64,000 nucleotides of DNA from Candidatus Shapirobacteria bacterium (GTDB taxonomy: Bacteria; Patescibacteriota; Microgenomatia; UBA12405), in assembly GCA_028704635.1 (NCBI GenBank), contig JAQWFB010000003.1:56357-120356 (forward strand). Direction: 5' to 3'. The notes under the pieces are model-generated. The model ran no database searches, was not told the DNA's origin, and saw nothing but the letters and a program-made list of their open reading frames with translations. Each line of letters begins with the position of its first letter. The stretch's first letter is position 1. Below are positions 58,799 to 64,000 of the stretch, piece after piece. The position numbers were made by a program, and so were the translations under genes.

Positions 58799-58845
58799 CA
58801 TTACTTTATATAATTTACATTACTTTGTCAAGTGTTCATTACTTT
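58799..58845 (-). promoter_or_regulatory. vapBC promoter with three 9-bp direct repeats
   Basis: CATTACTTT at 58799, 58818 and 58837; TTGACA-17-TAAAGT. Confidence 0.7.
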
Positions 58846-60788
58846 TCTTCAAAAATAATTTTATCGTCAGGCAACGAAATCGTTGATCCTGTCCATTGTT
58901 CATCAATTTTATTTTCTAAAATTTTAGTCATAATTCTATTCCAAATTGGCGTTGCTCCACTTACACCCGAAGCCACCCAACTCATTGGAGTTGAATCGTT
59001 ATTTCCCACCCAAGCCGCCACCAAATAATTAGGCGTCCACCCAATACACCAATTATCTTTCAAATTATTTGTCGTTCCAGTTTTTACTGCCACAGTTTTC
59101 CCTTCAATCTTCAATTTTGAACTTAATCCAAAAATAGGCGATCTGGCCTGGTTGTCACTCAAAATACTATCAATTGTTAAAGCTAAATTAGGATCCACAA
59201 TTTGTTCCGATTCTCTTTCTTTTATATAAATATTTTCTCCCAAATAATTATCAATTTTATAAATCGGGTTAATTTCCACCTTCTCTCCTAAATTGGCAAA
59301 CACAGTATATGCCTGAGCCAATTCTGTCATTTTAACTTCACCACTTCCCAATGCCAACGACAACCCATATCTGTTTCTATCTTTCCATGTAGTTATTCCC
59401 ATTTTTTCGGCTAAATCAATCATATTATTTACACCGTTTTCTGCCAATAATTTTACCGACGGCACATTTAAAGATGATGCTAACGCCGTTCTTAATGTTA
59501 CCTTGCCTAAATATTTACCAGTGTAATTTTGTGGTGAATATGGTTTTTGTCCCGGCACATAATAACTCACTGGGCTGTCATCGATATAATCTTCTGGATT
59601 TTTTCCTTTTTCAAATGCCAACAAATAATTAATTGGTTTTATTGACGACCCTGGTTGTCTTAAAGAAGTTGCCACATTCACATTACCATCAATATCAGCC
59701 GCTCCATAATCCTTCGATCCCACCATTGCCAAAATATCACCGTTCTTTACTCCAACCACCAATGCTGCCCCATTTGATATTTTTAAATTTTTCACTTTAT
59801 CAACTTCATCTCTAACCACTTTTTCTGCTTCTTTTTGGATATTCAAATCTAAACTGGTGTAAATATTTAATCCCTGTCTTTCCATATTTATATAGCCATA
59901 CTTATTTTCCAATATATTTTTAATATAAAAAACAAAATGAGGAGCTTCTATTTTTTGTTTTCTTTTTTCAAAAATTAATTTTTGTTCTAGTATTCTTACA
60001 CCCTCTTCCTCAGAAATATATTTTGCCGCCATCATTTCCTCGACCACTCTTTTCTGTCGGAAAATTCCCAATTCTGGATTATTTCCAAAAGGGGAGTAAG
60101 AACTTGGTGCGGCTGGCAGTCCTGCCAAAAAAGTTATTTCACTATCACTCAAATCATCAACATTTACCCCAAAATATTTTTGAGCTGCTTCCTGAATTCC
60201 ATACGCCTCACCACCATAAGAAACTTGGTTAAAATATCTTTCTAAAATTTCATCTTTAGTCCATTTTCTTTCTACTCGTAGAGTCAAAATTGCTTCCTTA
60301 ATTTTTCTTTTAAAAGATTTTTCATTAGTCAGAAACACATTTTTAACCAATTGTTGGGTAATTGTTGAGCCGCCTCGCAATTTATCATCATCAGATTTTT
60401 TAAAGTTATAAATAAATGCTTTTAAAATTCCCTTCAATGATAATCCCTTGTGTCTATAAAAATCTTTATCTTCAATTGATAAAGTTGCTTCAATAAATGT
60501 TTTTGGAATTTTATCTAAACTTATCCAAGTTCTATTTTCTTCTTCATAAAAACTATAAAGCAGATTTCCATTTCGGTCAAAAATTTTAGTTGATAATTTT
60601 GGCGGATTATAAATTAAATTTATATCCGGTATTTCTTTATTTAAAAATTGATAGCCATTATAAGTAAATACAATTAAAATAATTATTACCAAAAAAAACT
60701 TTGTTTTCTTCAAAAACCAAAAAATTGGCCTTCCTATTACTATTAAAAATTTAATTAATTTTTCCAGTAAAATCATCTCATTTAACAA
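58839..60788 (-). CDS. Class A penicillin-binding protein
   Basis: EDKDF, GGSTITQQLVKN, QPGSSIK, SLN, KTGT. Confidence 0.95.
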   Translation of the reverse strand: MLNEMILLEKLIKFLIVIGRPIFWFLKKTKFFLVIIILIVFTYNGYQFLNKEIPDINLIYNPPKLSTKIFDRNGNLLYSFYEEENRTWISLDKIPKTFIEATLSIEDKDFYRHKGLSLKGILKAFIYNFKKSDDDKLRGGSTITQQLVKNVFLTNEKSFKRKIKEAILTLRVERKWTKDEILERYFNQVSYGGEAYGIQEAAQKYFGVNVDDLSDSEITFLAGLPAAPSSYSPFGNNPELGIFRQKRVVEEMMAAKYISEEEGVRILEQKLIFEKRKQKIEAPHFVFYIKNILENKYGYINMERQGLNIYTSLDLNIQKEAEKVVRDEVDKVKNLKISNGAALVVGVKNGDILAMVGSKDYGAADIDGNVNVATSLRQPGSSIKPINYLLAFEKGKNPEDYIDDSPVSYYVPGQKPYSPQNYTGKYLGKVTLRTALASSLNVPSVKLLAENGVNNMIDLAEKMGITTWKDRNRYGLSLALGSGEVKMTELAQAYTVFANLGEKVEINPIYKIDNYLGENIYIKERESEQIVDPNLALTIDSILSDNQARSPIFGLSSKLKIEGKTVAVKTGTTNNLKDNWCIGWTPNYLVAAWVGNNDSTPMSWVASGVSGATPIWNRIMTKILENKIDEQWTGSTISLPDDKIIFEEK

Positions 60789-62961
60789 AGGCAGATGATG
60801 TATTAGGACTTGTATCTCCTACTAATGGGCAATCTAAACACACTTTAACTCCACTGACATCAGTCACCACTATGTGGTCCTGCCACTCCGCATTTGGTGT
60901 CTCTTCATTATCTTTCACAATTCTACCAGTATCTTTATTAATCAATACATTCATTCTCAAATTTGTTGCCACTGGTAAAAATTTTTTATTAAAATATTCA
61001 TAATGAGAGTCGCACCCGCCTTCTGGAACCGCTCCACCAGTCAAATTACAAACATTCATACCAATCACATCAGTTGGCATCACTGGTTTTTTAACAGTTT
61101 TATCTTTCAATAATTCAGTCATTATTTTATTCCAAATTGGCGCTGCTCCACTTATTCCCGAAACCACCCCACTCATTTTTGAATTATCATTATTTCCCAC
61201 CCAAGTTCCTACTACATAATCAGCCGTATAACCATAAGTCCAATTATCTCGTAAATCATTTGTTGTTCCAGTTTTTACCGCCACCTCTGGATGGTTTTTG
61301 ATATTTAACAGTGACCCTCTTCCAAAAACCATACCTCTCGCCCCATCATCAGATAATATATTTTGAATAATATAAGCTGTTTCTCTCGACAACACTCTTT
61401 CTCCAGGTGATTCTTCAAATTCTTCCAAAGTTTTTCCATCCTTATCTTCAATTTTTAATATTGGTGTCAAAGTTTGTTTAACTCCCATATTTGCTAAAAC
61501 ACCATAAGCGGTGGCCATATCTGTCATGTAAACTTCACCTCCACCTAAAGTCAATGATAATCCATAATTAGACGGATCAATAAAAGTAGTTATTCCCATT
61601 GCCGATGCCGATGCTATAAAAGTTTCTACTCCATTTAATTTCAAGACTTTCACTGCTCCAATATTTAAAGAATTAGCCAAAGAATTCCTGATGGTTTGCA
61701 GTCCATGATAAGCCCCGCCATAATTTGTTGGACAATACGGCTTCTGGTTTTCTAAACCAAAACAAGTTGGATCATCATCAACTATTGACGCCGCTGTTAT
61801 TTTTCCTAACTCCAATGCTGTTGCATAATTTAAAGGTTTTATTGACGACCCTGGCTGTCTTAATGCTGTTGCCACGTTATATTTACCATCTATATCATTA
61901 GAAAAATAATCAATCGATCCCACCATTGCTAAAATTTGTCCTGTTCCTGGTTCAGTCACCAAAGCTGCGCCATTTGTTACATTTGATTTTTTCAATTTCG
62001 CCACTTCAGAAGCTACCACTACTTCTGTCATATTTTGCATATCCAAATCTAATGTTGTAGTAATTTTCAACCCTCCCTCAGTCAATTTTTTCAAACCATA
62101 TTCTTCCGTCAATCGTTCTTTAACATAAAAAACAAAATGAGGTGCCAAAATTCCATTTTTATCCAAAAAATAATTTAATTTTTCTGCTTTTGCTGCTTCC
62201 ATCTCCTCTTTAGTAATAAAACCAACTTCATTCATTCTCGTCAAAACCAATTCTTGTCTAGCCTTAGCTGCTACCGGATGACTAAACGGATTGTATTTTG
62301 TTGGCGATGCTGGCAATCCAGCAATCAATGCCGCCTCAGCTAAATCCAAATCTTTTATATCCTTATTAAAAAATTCTCTTGCTGCTGATTTTGCTCCCCA
62401 TAAGGTTCCGCCATATGGCGTTTGATTAAAATACATTTCCAAAATTTGATCCTTACTATAAAGTGCCTCTGTTGCCACAGTTAATATCGCTTCTTTAATT
62501 TTTCTAGATATTGTTCTTTCTTGTGTTAATAATGCATTTTTAACCAATTGTTGGGTTAAAGTTGATCCTCCCTGCAATCGTTTTTCCACTATAGTTCTAT
62601 AAAGACCTCTCAAAATTCCTCTAAAATCAAAGCCATTATGTTTATAAAAATTAACATCCTCAATTGCTAAAGTCGCTTTTCTTAAATTATCTGGCACCTC
62701 CGCAAGTTTAACGGGAGTCCTTTTTTTATCTAAATAAATTTCAAATAATAATCGACCTTTTCGATCTAATATTTGCGAAGATTGAGGATAACTGCCATTG
62801 CTTAATTGAGTTGGGTTAGGTATTTCTTTAACAATATAAAAAATTACCAATACTAATAATACTAATATCAATACCAATATCCCAATCCCTTTTTTTAAAA
62901 AAGACTTCTTAATTCCTTTCATTATATTCCCTATTTTTTTGATTCCAGTTTTCCAACTCAT
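60778..62961 (-). CDS. Class A penicillin-binding protein (paralog)
   Basis: ED.NF, GGSTLTQQLVKN, QPGSSIK, SLN, KTGT. Confidence 0.95.
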   Translation of the reverse strand: MSWKTGIKKIGNIMKGIKKSFLKKGIGILVLILVLLVLVIFYIVKEIPNPTQLSNGSYPQSSQILDRKGRLLFEIYLDKKRTPVKLAEVPDNLRKATLAIEDVNFYKHNGFDFRGILRGLYRTIVEKRLQGGSTLTQQLVKNALLTQERTISRKIKEAILTVATEALYSKDQILEMYFNQTPYGGTLWGAKSAAREFFNKDIKDLDLAEAALIAGLPASPTKYNPFSHPVAAKARQELVLTRMNEVGFITKEEMEAAKAEKLNYFLDKNGILAPHFVFYVKERLTEEYGLKKLTEGGLKITTTLDLDMQNMTEVVVASEVAKLKKSNVTNGAALVTEPGTGQILAMVGSIDYFSNDIDGKYNVATALRQPGSSIKPLNYATALELGKITAASIVDDDPTCFGLENQKPYCPTNYGGAYHGLQTIRNSLANSLNIGAVKVLKLNGVETFIASASAMGITTFIDPSNYGLSLTLGGGEVYMTDMATAYGVLANMGVKQTLTPILKIEDKDGKTLEEFEESPGERVLSRETAYIIQNILSDDGARGMVFGRGSLLNIKNHPEVAVKTGTTNDLRDNWTYGYTADYVVGTWVGNNDNSKMSGVVSGISGAAPIWNKIMTELLKDKTVKKPVMPTDVIGMNVCNLTGGAVPEGGCDSHYEYFNKKFLPVATNLRMNVLINKDTGRIVKDNEETPNAEWQDHIVVTDVSGVKVCLDCPLVGDTSPNTSSAFVK

Positions 62962-63532
62962 TTATAATTTTATCTACTTTTTCATTTTTGTAATTGAATG
63001 ATTTTACTATATCTTCATAAGCTAAACCAGCCTGATCAATTTGTTGATTAGTTTTAAAAAATTCAACATCCTTTTGATTTTTTTCAAAAAGATTCTTTTT
63101 AGCTTCTTCTAAATTACAAATTGAATCATCCAATGTTTTTAAAATTAAGTCATCACTTTTTTTATCCTTAATCAAATTTACCACTTCGAACATCCTTTTA
63201 TCCGCCATTAGTAAATATACTTCAGCCTTTTCTTTTGGTGTTCGACTCAATAAAATCCATAACTCATCTCGAAATTTTTTTAACGAATACCTTATATCTC
63301 CTGGTTCAATATTACTTTCAGGAACCTTATAAATTTTTAAAATTTTTTCCCCATTTCCAATTTCCTTTACATATTCAATCGGAATATTTCTTAACCTATT
63401 AGATCTCATATCGCTCATCATTTTTTCAAATCCCGCCGATACCAAAGACCAAAACAAAATCATTAAACTGATTATTAATAAAAAAAACCGGCCACACCAT
63501 TTTATAGTTTTTTCTTTTGGCCGGGAAATCAT
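62909..63532 (-). CDS. DUF5667-like membrane-anchored helical protein
   Basis: PG...Y.LK...DE.......P.EKA...L..ADKR. Confidence 0.65.
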   Translation of the reverse strand: MISRPKEKTIKWCGRFFLLIISLMILFWSLVSAGFEKMMSDMRSNRLRNIPIEYVKEIGNGEKILKIYKVPESNIEPGDIRYSLKKFRDELWILLSRTPKEKAEVYLLMADKRMFEVVNLIKDKKSDDLILKTLDDSICNLEEAKKNLFEKNQKDVEFFKTNQQIDQAGLAYEDIVKSFNYKNEKVDKIINELENWNQKNREYNERN

Positions 63533-63547
63533 TCTTTATTTTATCAT

Positions 63548-64000
63548 TCAATGGTGAAAAAAAGCTTTATGCAATCCAACTTTCTCATTTTTTATTTTTT
63601 TCTTCATATATAAAAATTGCAGCCAAAACATCAACCAATTAATTATCCTTTCTGATAAAGCCTCCCTGTCAAGGGAGGTCCCCCGATTTATCGGGGGGGA
63701 GGGTTTTTTCAAACTATAACCAGTAGCAATGTACTTTTTTGCCCAATCATTAGCCAAAATAAATTTTTCATAAGTTTTATTCTTGTTTATCAGCGGTTTC
63801 ATTAATATTAAATCAACCGCATTTTTTAAATGTTGTTTTTCTTTGTCCAATTCCAATGACTTTTCATCCAACCATAAGTTAAAACAAAACTCATCTGTTT
63901 TTTCTTTTTTTCCAAATTTACGATGGGGGATTTTATTAACCATAATAAAAAGTCTCAACTTTAGTCTTATCAGCCATAATTTATTTATTTTTGTAATTAT
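63548..64000 (-). CDS. C-terminal part of a CPR-type protein, possibly nucleotidyltransferase-like (begins outside window), with in-frame repeat insertion
   Basis: Frame open to the window edge (IITKINKLWLIR...C.NLWLDE...AFFH); insert KKPSPPINRGTSLDREA. Confidence 0.55.
   Translation of the reverse strand: MITKINKLWLIRLKLRLFIMVNKIPHRKFGKKEKTDEFCFNLWLDEKSLELDKEKQHLKNAVDLILMKPLINKNKTYEKFILANDWAKKYIATGYSLKKPSPPINRGTSLDREALSERIINWLMFWLQFLYMKKKIKNEKVGLHKAFFHH
63659..63709 (+). repeat. Palindromic repeat copy 4, in frame in a CDS
   Basis: AGCCTCCCTGTCAAGGGAGGTCCCCCGATTTATCGGGGGGGAGGGTTTTTT = 17 codons on the minus strand. Confidence 0.9.

Overview
AT-rich bacterial chromosome segment that looks like Patescibacteria/CPR (Microgenomates-like), inferred from gene content and small membrane-anchored unknowns. 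Housekeeping content: two-component system with a MacAB-type ABC exporter, MATE, eno/gpmI, groES/groEL, split transketolase, fba, two class A PBPs, an ECF sigma factor, vapBC and four tRNAs (Ser-GCT, Arg-GCG, Ser-CGA, Cys-GCA). An integrative, satellite-like element ends in tRNA-Ser(GCT). It carries a large serine recombinase, a terminase small subunit, a DUF5659-like gene, two structured leader RNAs and, probably, a 1958-aa nuclease-STAND (AVAST-like) gene. The most striking non-coding signal is an architecture seen four times around unrelated protein genes: promoter, hairpin, BoxA-like motif, 17-18 nt arm, SD, ORF(s), reverse complement of the arm, terminator. It resembles an rRNA processing stem wrapped around an mRNA, and the arm sequence differs between loci while the pairing is kept. 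A GC-rich two-hairpin repeat occurs four times, twice inserted in frame in proteins (shared peptide GTSLDREA). All family calls come from motif recognition by eye; no searches were run.
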